Shown here piece by piece: positions 15,451 through 24,108 of a DNA stretch of 24,108 nt. The stretch's first letter is position 1. Every line of letters begins with the position of its first letter. Both the position numbers and the translations under genes were made by a program. Source of the DNA: a virus (lineage: Duplodnaviria > Heunggongvirae > Uroviricota > Caudoviricetes); the IMG/VR virus record IMGVR_UViG_3300039330_000027; one strand, written 5' to 3'. The notes beneath the pieces are model-generated. The model did not search any database and was not told the DNA's origin. It worked only from the letters and a program-made list of their open reading frames with translations.

Positions 15451-15768
15451 ATGGCAGCAATAGTGGAAAAACTCAGGGCGCAGTGCCGTATTGATACAGA
15501 TGATGCAACTGATGATGAGTTACTGATGCTGTATTTCCGGGCTGCCTGCCGCAAGGCAGAAAATTTTATCAACCGTAAGCTTTATGAGGAGACGGTGCCG
15601 GAAGGTGATCCTGAAGGGGTGCTTATAGCTGATGATGTTTTGCTGGCGCTCATGTTGCTGGTCGGGCACTGGTACGAAAACCGGGAAAATTCCTCAGATG
15701 TCAGCAAGGCACCAGTCCCGTTTGGTTTTTCTTCTCTGCTGGAGCCTTATCGTTTTATTCCTTTGTAG
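15451..15768 (+). CDS. Head-tail connector protein (gp6 / lambda W-like role)
   Basis: 105-aa ORF with RBS CAGGAG 7 nt upstream of ATG 15451. The ORF-track start at 15271 overlaps the capsid gene and terminator and is rejected. Confidence 0.65.
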   Translation: MAAIVEKLRAQCRIDTDDATDDELLMLYFRAACRKAENFINRKLYEETVPEGDPEGVLIADDVLLALMLLVGHWYENRENSSDVSKAPVPFGFSSLLEPYRFIPL

Positions 15769-15776
15769 GAGGAGAC

Positions 15777-16115
15777 ATGCAGGCGGGCAGATTACGTGAT
15801 CGCGTAATTATTCTGAATGTCACCACCGCCCGCTCTCCGTCAGGGCATCCGGTGGAGACGGTGACGGAGGGAGCTACCGTATGGGCAGAAGTTAAGGGTA
15901 TCAGCGGGAGGGAGATAATCTCAGGCGGAGCAGAAACCGCTCAGGCTACGGTCAGAGTCTGGATGAGATTCCGGCGCGATGTGACAGCGACTTCACGTCT
16001 GAAAGTGCTGACCGGTGCATTTAAAGGGGCCATTCTGGGTATAGAAGGTCCACCAATACCGGATGCGCGCGCTACCCGGCTTGAAATACTCTGCAGCCTG
16101 AAGGGGAATGTGTGA
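15777..16115 (+). CDS. Head closure / head-tail joining protein (lambda FII-like role)
   Basis: 112-aa ORF with RBS AGGAGGA, in the conserved position after the connector. Confidence 0.65.
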   Translation: MQAGRLRDRVIILNVTTARSPSGHPVETVTEGATVWAEVKGISGREIISGGAETAQATVRVWMRFRRDVTATSRLKVLTGAFKGAILGIEGPPIPDARATRLEILCSLKGNV

Positions 16116-16561
16116 TGGATTTCAGTCTTGATTTTTCCGGCCTGGCGGATATTGCACGGGATTTGGAGACGCTCAGCAGGGCAGAAAACAATAAGGTTCT
16201 GCGCGATGCCACCCGTGCCGGTGCTGAAGTTATGCGGGATGCAGTTGTTGAACGTGCGCCGGAGCGAACCGGGAAACTGAAGAAAAATGTGGTTGTTCTC
16301 ACTCAGCGTTCAAAGCGTCGGGGGGAAATTATCTCGGGTGTCCACATTCGCGGACGGAACCTGCGAACCGGAAACAGTGATAACAGCATGAAAGCCAGCG
16401 ATCCCCGAAATGCATTTTACTGGCGCTTTGTGGAGCTGGGAACGATAAACATGCCCGCGCATCCATTCATTCGCCCGGCTTTCGATACGACAGAGGAGCT
16501 GGCGGCGCAGGTTGCCATACAGCGAATGAATCAGGCTATTGATGAGGTCTTAAGTAAATGA
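16115..16561 (+). CDS. Tail completion protein (HK97 gp10-like, lambda Z-like role)
   Basis: About 148-aa ORF; ATG 16115 overlaps the upstream stop; RBS AAGGGGA. Confidence 0.6.
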   Translation: MDFSLDFSGLADIARDLETLSRAENNKVLRDATRAGAEVMRDAVVERAPERTGKLKKNVVVLTQRSKRRGEIISGVHIRGRNLRTGNSDNSMKASDPRNAFYWRFVELGTINMPAHPFIRPAFDTTEELAAQVAIQRMNQAIDEVLSK

Positions 16562-16902
16562 GGGAGGGCACACTGTATTCCCTGTTGTCTCAGCTGGCCG
16601 GAGGACAGGTTTATCCTTATGTGGTCCCGCTGACGGAGGGAAAGCCTGCGGTATCTCCGCCGTGGCTGGTGTTTTCTGTGGTGTCTGACACGGCATCTGA
16701 TGTGCTTGATGGGCAGGCTGAATCCAGAATTACCGTGCAGATCGATGTCTGGGCGACAGTACCTGATGACGCAGATGATATTCGTGAGCAGGCGCTTGAT
16801 GCAGTAAGGAAACTGGCACCCTCCGTTATTTCTAAAACGCAGGGGTATGATCCTGACTCCCGTCTGAGCAGAGCCACGCTTGAATTTCAGGTAATAGCCT
16901 GA
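16558..16902 (+). CDS. Tail terminator-like protein (DUF3168-like, lambda U-like role)
   Basis: 114-aa acidic protein immediately upstream of the major tail protein gene. Confidence 0.55.
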   Translation: MREGTLYSLLSQLAGGQVYPYVVPLTEGKPAVSPPWLVFSVVSDTASDVLDGQAESRITVQIDVWATVPDDADDIREQALDAVRKLAPSVISKTQGYDPDSRLSRATLEFQVIA

Positions 16903-16923
16903 GGTCGTTAATGATTTTACCCA

Positions 16924-16944
16924 CCCGCCGCTGGCGGGTTTTTT
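16924..16944 (+). terminator. Intrinsic terminator-like hairpin upstream of the major tail protein gene
   Basis: Sequence cccgcc-gct-ggcggg followed by tttttt. Confidence 0.55.
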
Positions 16945-16961
16945 ATTTTCAGGAGACGAGT

Positions 16962-17666
16962 ATGTCCTCTAATTTTGAGCGTTCGCAACTGACGAAAATT
17001 ATGATTTCGTCTGCACCGGTAACAGCAGAAACCCTGGATTCTGCCAGCTATCTTGGCCTGAGCTGTACAATCAAAGAGGTGCAGTTTACTGCAGGACAAA
17101 AGCAGGATATTGATGTCACCACGCTGTGTTCTGTTGAGCAGGAAAATATTAACGGCCTTGGTGCTGCTTCAGAGATTTCCATGTCAGGCAACTTTTACCT
17201 CAATGCTGCCCAGAACGCGTTGCGCAGTGCCTATGACAATGACACCACGTATGGCTTTAAAGTTATTTTTCCGTCAGGCAACGGATTTACCTTTATGGCA
17301 GAGGTGCGTCAGCATACCTGGTCTGCAGGAACCAATGGTGTTGTGGCTGCAACGTTTTCTCTGCGCCTGAAAGGTAAACCTGTGCTGACGACAGAGCCGC
17401 TGAAAGTGAAGGTCGATTTAAAAAGCACGCTGCGGGTTGCTTCCGGATCGAAACTTGAAATGGCGGTTGAGGCTGCGGGTGGTGTGCCGCCTTATTCTTA
17501 TGTCTGGAAGAAAGGTGGTTCTCCTGTTTCCGGACAGACGGCGGCAACGTTCAGTAAGGCATCGGCAGTATCCGGTGATGCGGGTGCATATACCTGCGAG
17601 ATTTCTGATTCAGCAAGCCCGGTTAACAAAGTGACCTCTACTTCCTGCACTGTTACCGTCAGTTAA
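16962..17666 (+). CDS. Major tail (tube) protein with C-terminal Ig-like domain (lambda V-like)
   Basis: 234-aa ORF with RBS CAGGAG. The C-terminal ~90 residues (from LKVKVDLKSTLRVASGSKLEM to the end) have a Big_2-like pattern. Confidence 0.8.
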   Translation: MSSNFERSQLTKIMISSAPVTAETLDSASYLGLSCTIKEVQFTAGQKQDIDVTTLCSVEQENINGLGAASEISMSGNFYLNAAQNALRSAYDNDTTYGFKVIFPSGNGFTFMAEVRQHTWSAGTNGVVAATFSLRLKGKPVLTTEPLKVKVDLKSTLRVASGSKLEMAVEAAGGVPPYSYVWKKGGSPVSGQTAATFSKASAVSGDAGAYTCEISDSASPVNKVTSTSCTVTVS

Positions 17667-17680
17667 TGAGGATAGATGTG

Positions 17681-18052
17681 ATGACTAAAAATATCCGTAA
17701 TCTGGCACTGGCAACGATGTCGGGGTTTCGCCATAAAACTGTTGATGTGCCTGAATGGGAAGGGGCAACGGTTGTATTACGGGAACCTTCTGCAGAAGCC
17801 TGGTTGCGCTGGCAGGAGATCGTTAAAGCAAAAGATGATGAGACACCGTTATCCGTTGCGGAGCGCGCCCGCCGAAATCTGGAAGCGGATGTTGAACTGT
17901 TCATCGATGTTCTGTGTGATACCGGACTGCAACCTGTATTTTCAGAGGATGATCGTGAACAGGTGATTGCCGTGTATGGCCCGGTGCATGCGCGGCTTCT
18001 TCGGCAGTCTCTGGAACTAATCAGTGATGCCGGCGAGGTTAAAAAAAAGTAG
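17681..18052 (+). CDS. Tail assembly chaperone (lambda G-like)
   Basis: Small acidic protein between the major tail protein and tape measure genes. Ends in the slippery site A_AAA_AAG. RBS GAGGA upstream of ATG 17681. Confidence 0.75.
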   Translation: MTKNIRNLALATMSGFRHKTVDVPEWEGATVVLREPSAEAWLRWQEIVKAKDDETPLSVAERARRNLEADVELFIDVLCDTGLQPVFSEDDREQVIAVYGPVHARLLRQSLELISDAGEVKKK

Positions 18053-18354
18053 CGCTTCCGGGGATGCGTTTTCTGATGATGCTGGCGCTCAGGATGGGGC
18101 GCACATTGTCAGAGTTACGCCGGGAAATGTCCGCATCAGAAATCATGATGTGGGCAGAATTTGACAGGTTCAGCACGCTGGGGGACGAACGGGCTGATAT
18201 CCGGGCTGCCCAGATTGTTTCAGCTGTTTACGGTGCGCAGGGGGTCAAAGTGCCACTGAATGATGCGCTTCTTCAGTGGGAGAAGGAGCAGACAGAAGGC
18301 GTATCAGATCCATTTGCTGGACTGGAAAACGCGCTTTTAATAGTGTCTCAGTGA
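18043..18354 (+). CDS. T-like extension produced by -1 programmed ribosomal frameshift (G-T fusion chaperone)
   Basis: The -1 frame is open from the slippery heptamer A_AAA_AAG (18043-18049) to the stop at 18354. This matches the conserved G/GT arrangement upstream of the tape measure gene. Confidence 0.7.
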   Translation, partial: KKVALPGMRFLMMLALRMGRTLSELRREMSASEIMMWAEFDRFSTLGDERADIRAAQIVSAVYGAQGVKVPLNDALLQWEKEQTEGVSDPFAGLENALLIVSQ

Positions 18355-18363
18355 GTCAACATA

Positions 18364-18384
18364 ACCGCTTCGGCGGTTTTTTTT
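18364..18384 (+). terminator. Intrinsic terminator-like hairpin between the GT frame and the tape measure gene
   Basis: Sequence accgc-ttcg-gcggt followed by ttttttt. Confidence 0.55.
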
Positions 18385-18394
18385 CGTCCGGAGA

Positions 18395-21300
18395 ATGAGT
18401 GTGGCGACATTACGTGAACTGATTATTAAAATCTCGGCAAATTCCCGGTCATTCCAGTCAGAGATCTCCCGGGCTTCGCGTATGGGGCAGGATTACTACC
18501 GTACCATGCAGAACGGAGGCCGACAGTCCGCTGCTGCATCCCGTGAAATGCGGCGTGCACTGGCAGAAGTGACGGATCAGATAAATACAGCTAAATCTTC
18601 GGCACTGAACATGGCGGGGGCATTTGCCGGGGCTTTTGCTACCGGTCATCTTATTTCTCTCGCCGATGAGTGGAATTCAGTAAATGCCCGTCTGAAGCAG
18701 GCCTCACAGTCCAGTGATGATTTTCAGTCATCACAGCGTGAATTAATGGCGATCAGCCAGAGAACGGGGACGGCGTTTTCTGATAACGCCAGCCTTTTTG
18801 CCCGTTCTGCAGCTTCCATGCGGGAGTATGGTTACAGTTCTGAGGAGGTACTGAAAGTCACCGAGGCGATCTCCACGGGCCTGAAATTATCCGGTGCCAG
18901 TACAGCAGAAGCCAGTTCGGTGATCACGCAGTTCAGTCAGGCACTGGCGCAGGGAGTGCTGCGCGGTGAAGAGTTTAACTCGGTGAATGAGAACGGCGAT
19001 CGTGTTATTCGTGCGCTGGCTGCGGGAATGGGGGTTGCCCGTAAGGATCTGAAGGCCATGGCGGATAACGGAAAACTGACCGCCGATAAGGTTGTTCCTG
19101 CACTGATTAGTCAGCTTGGGGCGTTGCGTGATGAATATGCAGCAATGCCTGATACGGTTTCATCCTCTGCAACCAAAGTTGAAAACGCCTTTATGGCCTG
19201 GGTTGGTGGTGCGAACGAGGCAAGCGGAGTGACGAAGACGCTCTCCGGTGTGCTGAATGGTATTGCAGGCAATATTGACACCGTGGCAACCGCTGCTGGT
19301 GCTCTGGTTGCCGTCGGGGTAGCCCGATATTTTGGCAATATGGCGTCGTCTGCTGGATCTGCAACTGCCGGATTAATTACTGCAGCCAGAAACGAAGTGG
19401 CTCTTGCTGAAGTGCAACTTCGGGGGACACAGATAGCAACCGCCAGGGCGCGTGCGGCGGTTTATCGTGCGCAACAGGCGGTTGTTGCTGCTCGCGGTAC
19501 CGAAAGGCAGGCCGCAGCAGAAGCGAAGCTGACAGCTGCCCAGGTGTCACTTACCCGTAATATTGCGGCCAGAACAGCGGCACAGACAACGCTGAATAAT
19601 GTTACGTCAGTGGGGAGTCGTTTATTAAGTGGCGCGCTGGGGCTGGTTGGTGGTGTGCCGGGACTCGTCATGCTGGGGGCTGCGGCCTGGTACACGATGT
19701 ATCAGAATCAGGAGCAGGCCAGAGAATCTGCACGACAGTATGCCGCAACAATCGACGAAATTCGCCAGAAAACGTCGGCAATGTCGCTTCCTGAAGCGTC
19801 AGATAATGAGGAAAAGACGCGACAGGCACTGAAGGAGCAAAACAGGTTAATTGACGAGCAGAAAAGTAAGATTAAATCCTTACAGGAAAAAATTGCTGGC
19901 TATCAGTATGTGCTGGCAAACCCGGGCTGGACAACCGATAACGGTTTTATGATTAACCACATGACGTCGGTAAAAACTGTCACAGAAGGGCTTGCAGAAG
20001 CAACAAATCAACTGGCAGTTGAACAGTCTCGCCTCACTCAAATGCAGGGCAAAGCGCAATCCATTCAGGATGTGCTTGCCGGGCTGGAGGAGCGACGGGT
20101 GGCGTTGATCCGTCAACAGGCAGCGGAACAAAACAAAGCGTATCAGTCCCTGTTGATCATGAATGGGCAGCATACCGAGTTTAATCGCCTTCTCGGGCTC
20201 GGTAATGAATTACTTCAGCAGCGACAGGGGCTGGTGAATGTACCGTTACGGCTACCACAGGCAACCCTGGATGATAAACAGCAGACCGCACTGAATAACA
20301 GCGAGCGCGAACTGGCTCTGTCCCGCCTGAAGGGGGAAGCTCGTGAGCGTGCCCGCCTGGGTTATGCTGCGGATGATCTCGGCTTTGTGGGAGAGGCGTA
20401 TCAGACAGCAAGACTGAATTATATAAATAACTCACTGGATGCATGGCGAAATAACCAGGCAAATAAACCCAAAGCGCATAAAAAGACCGAAGCGGAAAAA
20501 ATAGAAGATACTTATAAGCAACTGATTAAACAGCAAAAAGAGCAAATAGCACTGGCAGGGCAGAATACTGAACTGGCTAAGATGAAATATCAGGTCAGCC
20601 AGGGCGAATTATCAACCCTGTCAGAAGCGCAGAAAAAAACGCTTTTGCAGAATGCAGCACTCATCGACCAGAAAAAGATTCGTGAGCAGCTTGCTGCGTA
20701 TGAGAGCAGTCTGGCGGACAGTAATGCCAGTGTCAGAGCATCAAATGAGGCTCAGTTACTGGGATATGGTGAAGGCTCACGGATGCGTGAACGACTTCAG
20801 GAAATGTGGAGCATCCGGCAGGAGTTTGAGCAGAAAAATAACGAGCTACTGAGACAGTATCAGGCCGGAGAAATTGAAGAAGCCCTGTGGAAACAGGAAA
20901 AATCTCTGAATGAAAAATATCTGGAAGAGCGTCTCAGCGATCAGCAGGATTATTATGCAAAGGCTGATGCTTTACGCAGTAACTGGAATGCCGGACTCCA
21001 GGAGGGACTGACGAACTGGGCAGACAGTGCCACCGATTATGCTTCGCAGGCGGCAGATGCTGTCGTTTCCACTATGGACGGGCTGGTATCAAATATTTCC
21101 GATGCACTGGCCGGAAATGTTGTGGACTGGAGAAACTGGGGGAGTTCAATTCTCCAGGAAGTTTCAAAAATTCTGATGAACGCTGCCATCGTTAACGGGC
21201 TGAAGTCACTTTCCAAAAGCATGTCCGGTGCCGGAGGATGGCTTGGTACAGTCGGCGACTGGCTTTCCGGTGCAGTGGCAAACGCAAAAGGTGGTGTTTA

Positions 21301-21640
21301 TACATCGGCAAATCTGAGTGCTTACAGTAACACCATTGTGGATACCCCGACGTATTTTGCTTTTGCGAAAGGTGCCGGGCTGATGGGCGAGGCCGGGCCT
21401 GAAGCAATCATGCCACTGACACGGGCAGCGGACGGCTCTCTTGGGGTCAGGGCCATTGGAAATGTGAATGGTGGCGGTGGATTTGTTTATTCTCCCGTGT
21501 ATCACATCAGCATTCAGAATCAAGGGAGCAATGGCGAGATAGATGCGCGCTCAGCCAGGGGACTGGTGGATCTGATCGACAGCAGGGTTGTGTCAATTAT
21601 GCAGTCATCACGTCGGGACGGAGGATTATGCAGTGCCTGA
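18395..21640 (+). CDS. Tail tape measure protein (lambda H-like role)
   Basis: 1081-aa ORF, Ala/Gln-rich and helical, with a glycine-rich hydrophobic segment, located after G/GT. Alternative in-frame GTG start at 18401. Confidence 0.9.
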   Translation: MSVATLRELIIKISANSRSFQSEISRASRMGQDYYRTMQNGGRQSAAASREMRRALAEVTDQINTAKSSALNMAGAFAGAFATGHLISLADEWNSVNARLKQASQSSDDFQSSQRELMAISQRTGTAFSDNASLFARSAASMREYGYSSEEVLKVTEAISTGLKLSGASTAEASSVITQFSQALAQGVLRGEEFNSVNENGDRVIRALAAGMGVARKDLKAMADNGKLTADKVVPALISQLGALRDEYAAMPDTVSSSATKVENAFMAWVGGANEASGVTKTLSGVLNGIAGNIDTVATAAGALVAVGVARYFGNMASSAGSATAGLITAARNEVALAEVQLRGTQIATARARAAVYRAQQAVVAARGTERQAAAEAKLTAAQVSLTRNIAARTAAQTTLNNVTSVGSRLLSGALGLVGGVPGLVMLGAAAWYTMYQNQEQARESARQYAATIDEIRQKTSAMSLPEASDNEEKTRQALKEQNRLIDEQKSKIKSLQEKIAGYQYVLANPGWTTDNGFMINHMTSVKTVTEGLAEATNQLAVEQSRLTQMQGKAQSIQDVLAGLEERRVALIRQQAAEQNKAYQSLLIMNGQHTEFNRLLGLGNELLQQRQGLVNVPLRLPQATLDDKQQTALNNSERELALSRLKGEARERARLGYAADDLGFVGEAYQTARLNYINNSLDAWRNNQANKPKAHKKTEAEKIEDTYKQLIKQQKEQIALAGQNTELAKMKYQVSQGELSTLSEAQKKTLLQNAALIDQKKIREQLAAYESSLADSNASVRASNEAQLLGYGEGSRMRERLQEMWSIRQEFEQKNNELLRQYQAGEIEEALWKQEKSLNEKYLEERLSDQQDYYAKADALRSNWNAGLQEGLTNWADSATDYASQAADAVVSTMDGLVSNISDALAGNVVDWRNWGSSILQEVSKILMNAAIVNGLKSLSKSMSGAGGWLGTVGDWLSGAVANAKGGVYTSANLSAYSNTIVDTPTYFAFAKGAGLMGEAGPEAIMPLTRAADGSLGVRAIGNVNGGGGFVYSPVYHISIQNQGSNGEIDARSARGLVDLIDSRVVSIMQSSRRDGGLCSA

Positions 21641-21974
21641 GTCTGAAGTTTTTAACTGGATCCCCCGCGAGGGGATGGAGACGACACGAAAGCCATCTGT
21701 TATTACGGTAAAGTTCGGTGACGGATATGAACAGCGACGGGCTGGTGGTCTGAATGCAGATCTGAAAACGTTTAAACCGGTATTTCGTGTCACGGATGAA
21801 TATTCCCGTGCCGCGCTGGACAGTTTTTTATCCCGTCATGCCGGGGTTCGTGCTTTTTTGTGGCGTCCGCCAAAACACAACAGGACTGTCCGGGTTGTCT
21901 GCAGGGAGTGGAGCATTTCGGATAATGCCATGTATACCGATTTTAACTGTACCTTTGAAGAGGTCACTCACTGA
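21633..21974 (+). CDS. M: Minor tail protein M
   Basis: Translation ...VITVKFGDGYEQRRAGGLNADLKTFKPVFRV... aligns with remembered lambda M. GTG start with GGAGG 9 nt upstream; the start is uncertain (ORF track begins at 21588). Confidence 0.75.
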   Translation: MPESEVFNWIPREGMETTRKPSVITVKFGDGYEQRRAGGLNADLKTFKPVFRVTDEYSRAALDSFLSRHAGVRAFLWRPPKHNRTVRVVCREWSISDNAMYTDFNCTFEEVTH

Positions 21975-22672
21975 TGCAGGATATACAGCAGGAAACACTC
22001 AATGAGTGCACTAAAACGGAGCAATCCGCGCTGGTCGTGCTCTGGGAAATTGATCTGACAGAGGTCGGCGGAGATCGTTATTTCTTCTGTAATGAGCAGA
22101 ACGAAAAAGGTGAACCAGTCACCTGGCAGGGGCGGCAGTATCAGGCCTATCCCATTCAGGGAAGTGGATTTGAGATGAACGGCAAAGGAGCCAGTGCAAG
22201 GCCAACGCTGAAAGTCTCTAATCTGCACGGCATGGTCACCGGGATGGCGGAAGACCTGCAGAGTCTGGTCGGCGGAACGGTGGTCAGGCGTAAGGTTTAC
22301 GCCCGTTTTCTGGATGTGGTGAACTTCGTCAACGGAAACAGCGAAGCCGATCCAGAGCAGGAGGTGATCAGCCGCTGGCGCATCGAGCAGTGCAGCGAAC
22401 TGAGCGCGGTGAGTGCCTCTTTTGTACTGTCCACGCCGACGGAAACGGATGGTGCTGTTTTTCCGGGACGTACCATGCTGGCCAACACCTGCACCTGGAC
22501 CTATCGCGGTGATGAGTGCGGTTATCACGGTCCGGCGGTTGCGGATGAATATGACCAGCCGACGTCCGATATCACGAAGGATAAATGCAGCAAATGCCTG
22601 AGCGGCTGTAAGTTTCGCAATAACGTCGGCAACTTTGGCGGCTTCCTTTCCATTAACAAACTTTCGCAGTAA
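21974..22672 (+). CDS. L: Minor tail protein L
   Basis: 232-aa translation is near-identical to remembered lambda L (MQDIQQETLNECTKTEQSALVVLWEIDLTEVGG...GGFLSINKLSQ). Confidence 0.9.
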   Translation: MQDIQQETLNECTKTEQSALVVLWEIDLTEVGGDRYFFCNEQNEKGEPVTWQGRQYQAYPIQGSGFEMNGKGASARPTLKVSNLHGMVTGMAEDLQSLVGGTVVRRKVYARFLDVVNFVNGNSEADPEQEVISRWRIEQCSELSAVSASFVLSTPTETDGAVFPGRTMLANTCTWTYRGDECGYHGPAVADEYDQPTSDITKDKCSKCLSGCKFRNNVGNFGGFLSINKLSQ

Positions 22673-22676
22673 TCCC

Positions 22677-23420
22677 ATGACACAGACAGAATCAGCGATT
22701 CTGGCGCACGCCCGGCGATGTGCGCCAGCGGAGTCGTGCGGCTTCGTGGTGAGAACGCCGGAAGGGGAAAGATATTTTCCCTGCGTGAATATCTCCGGTG
22801 AGCCGGAGGCGTATTTCCGGATGTCGCCGGAGGACTGGCTGCGGGCAGAGATGCAGGGTGAGATTGTGGCGCTGGTCCACAGCCACCCCGGTGGCCTGCC
22901 CTGGCTGAGTGAGGCTGACAGGCGGCTGCAGGTGCAGAGCGATTTGCCTTGGTGGCTGGTCTGCCGGGGTGAGATTCATAAATTCCGCTGTGTGCCGCAT
23001 CTTACCGGGCGGCGCTTTGAGCACGGGGCGACGGACTGTTACACGCTGTTCCGGGATGCTTATCATCTGGCGGGGATTGAGATGCCGGACTTTCATCGTG
23101 AGGATGACTGGTGGTGTAACGGCCAGAATCTCTATCTGGATAATCTGGAGGCCACAGGGCTGTATCAGGTGCCGTTGTCAGCGGCGCAGCCGGGCGATGT
23201 GCTGCTGTGCTGTTTTGGTTCATCGGTGCCGAATCATGCCGCCATTTACTGCGGCGACGGTGAGCTGTTGCACCATATTCCTGAACAACTGAGCAAACGA
23301 GAGAGGTATACCGACAAATGGCAGCGACGCACACACTCCCTCTGGCGTCACCGGGCATGGCACGCATCTGCCTTTACGGGGATTTACAACGATTTGGCCG
23401 CCGCATCGACCTTCGTGTAA
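22677..23420 (+). CDS. K: Tail assembly protein K (NlpC/P60 and JAB/MPN domains)
   Basis: Translation from MTQTESAILAHARRCAPAESCGFVV... is near-identical to remembered lambda K. Confidence 0.9.
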   Translation: MTQTESAILAHARRCAPAESCGFVVRTPEGERYFPCVNISGEPEAYFRMSPEDWLRAEMQGEIVALVHSHPGGLPWLSEADRRLQVQSDLPWWLVCRGEIHKFRCVPHLTGRRFEHGATDCYTLFRDAYHLAGIEMPDFHREDDWWCNGQNLYLDNLEATGLYQVPLSAAQPGDVLLCCFGSSVPNHAAIYCGDGELLHHIPEQLSKRERYTDKWQRRTHSLWRHRAWHASAFTGIYNDLAAASTFV

Positions 23421-23959
23421 AAACGGGGGCTGAAGCCATCCGGGCGTTGTCCACACAGCTCCCGGCGTTTCGTCAGAAACTGAATGACGGCTGGTATCAG
23501 GTGCGCATTGCCGGGCGTGATGCAGGTGAAACCGAATTATCTGCCCGTCTTAATGAGCCGCTGGCAAATGGTGCCGTGATCCACATCGTGCCGCGTCTGG
23601 CGGGAGCTAAAAGTGGCGGTGTGTTTCAGGTGGTGCTGGGAGCTGCTGTTATGGCGGTTGCTATATGGATGCCGGGGGTAGGAATAATGGCGAGTAATCT
23701 GCTGTTTTCTCTCGGTGCCAGTATGACGCTTGGCGGTGTTGCACAGATGCTGGCTCCTAAACCCAAAACCCCCCGTACACAGACAACGGATAACGGCAAG
23801 CAGAATACCTATTTTTCTTCGCTGGATAATATGATTGCCCAGGGTAATCCGTTACCGGTTCTGTACGGTGAAATGCGTGTGGGGTCACGTGTTGTTTCTC
23901 AGGAGATCAGCACGGCAGACGAAGGGGACGGTGGTCAGGTTGTGGTGATTGGTCGCTGA
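23318..23959 (+). CDS. I: Tail assembly protein I
   Basis: 213-aa translation matches remembered lambda I at both termini (MAATHTLPLASPGMARICLYGDLQRFGRR... and ...TADEGDGGQVVVIGR). Confidence 0.9.
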   Translation: MAATHTLPLASPGMARICLYGDLQRFGRRIDLRVKTGAEAIRALSTQLPAFRQKLNDGWYQVRIAGRDAGETELSARLNEPLANGAVIHIVPRLAGAKSGGVFQVVLGAAVMAVAIWMPGVGIMASNLLFSLGASMTLGGVAQMLAPKPKTPRTQTTDNGKQNTYFSSLDNMIAQGNPLPVLYGEMRVGSRVVSQEISTADEGDGGQVVVIGR

Positions 23960-23977
23960 TGCAAAATATTTTATGTG

Positions 23978-24001
23978 AAACCGCCTCCGGGCGGTTTTGT
24001 C
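23978..24001 (+). terminator. Terminator-like hairpin between I and J
   Basis: Sequence aaaccgcc-tccg-ggcgg followed by ttttgtcgttt. Confidence 0.45.
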
Positions 24002-24019
24002 GTTTATGGAGCGTTAGGA

Positions 24020-24108
24020 ATGGGTAAAGGCAGCAGTAAGGGGCATACCCCGCGCGAAGCGAAGGACAACCTGAAGTCCACGCAACTGCTGAGTGTGATT
24101 GATGCCAT
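24020..24108 (+). CDS. J: Host specificity / central tail fibre protein J, N-terminal fragment (continues beyond the window)
   Basis: Translation MGKGSSKGHTPREAKDNLKSTQLLSVIDA matches the remembered N-terminus of lambda J. Confidence 0.9.
   Translation, partial: MGKGSSKGHTPREAKDNLKSTQLLSVIDA

Noticed and set aside
21968-22678. 236-aa minus-strand ORF almost exactly antisense to tail gene L
   Set aside because: L on the + strand is a near-exact match to remembered lambda L; the antisense frame is a by-product of GC-rich codon bias.
22692-23456. Minus-strand and alternative-frame ORFs (78-134 aa) inside K and I
   Set aside because: They overlap genes that closely match lambda K and I; Arg/Pro-rich translations typical of non-coding frames.

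Overview
This window is a ~24 kb stretch of a mosaic lambdoid prophage from an enterobacterium (E. coli-like), read left to right from the end of the early-right region to the start of the tail-fibre gene J. Gene order on the + strand: an AT-rich accessory block (orphan HNH-motif gene on the minus strand, a mok/hok type I toxin locus, a Cys-rich lipoprotein), then DUF968, rusA and antiterminator Q; an AT-rich two-gene minus-strand operon inserted between Q and the late genes; a four-gene tRNA array; a phage-21-type lysis cassette (pinholin, YdfR-like ORF, SAR endolysin, Rz with embedded Rz1); bor on the minus strand; an HNH endonuclease with small and large terminase, portal, prohead protease and major capsid (HK97-like head module); and a lambda-like tail module (connector, head closure, tail completion, tail terminator, major tail protein, G/GT chaperone with a -1 frameshift site, tape measure, M, L, K, I, start of J). 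All protein family assignments come from reading the translations against remembered family sequences and motifs; no database search was run. The most interesting candidates for an undescribed system are the two-gene antisense operon at 4969..6096 in the Q-to-lysis hotspot and the orphan HNH-motif gene at 236..1045. No CRISPR array, integrase or attachment site is visible in the window.
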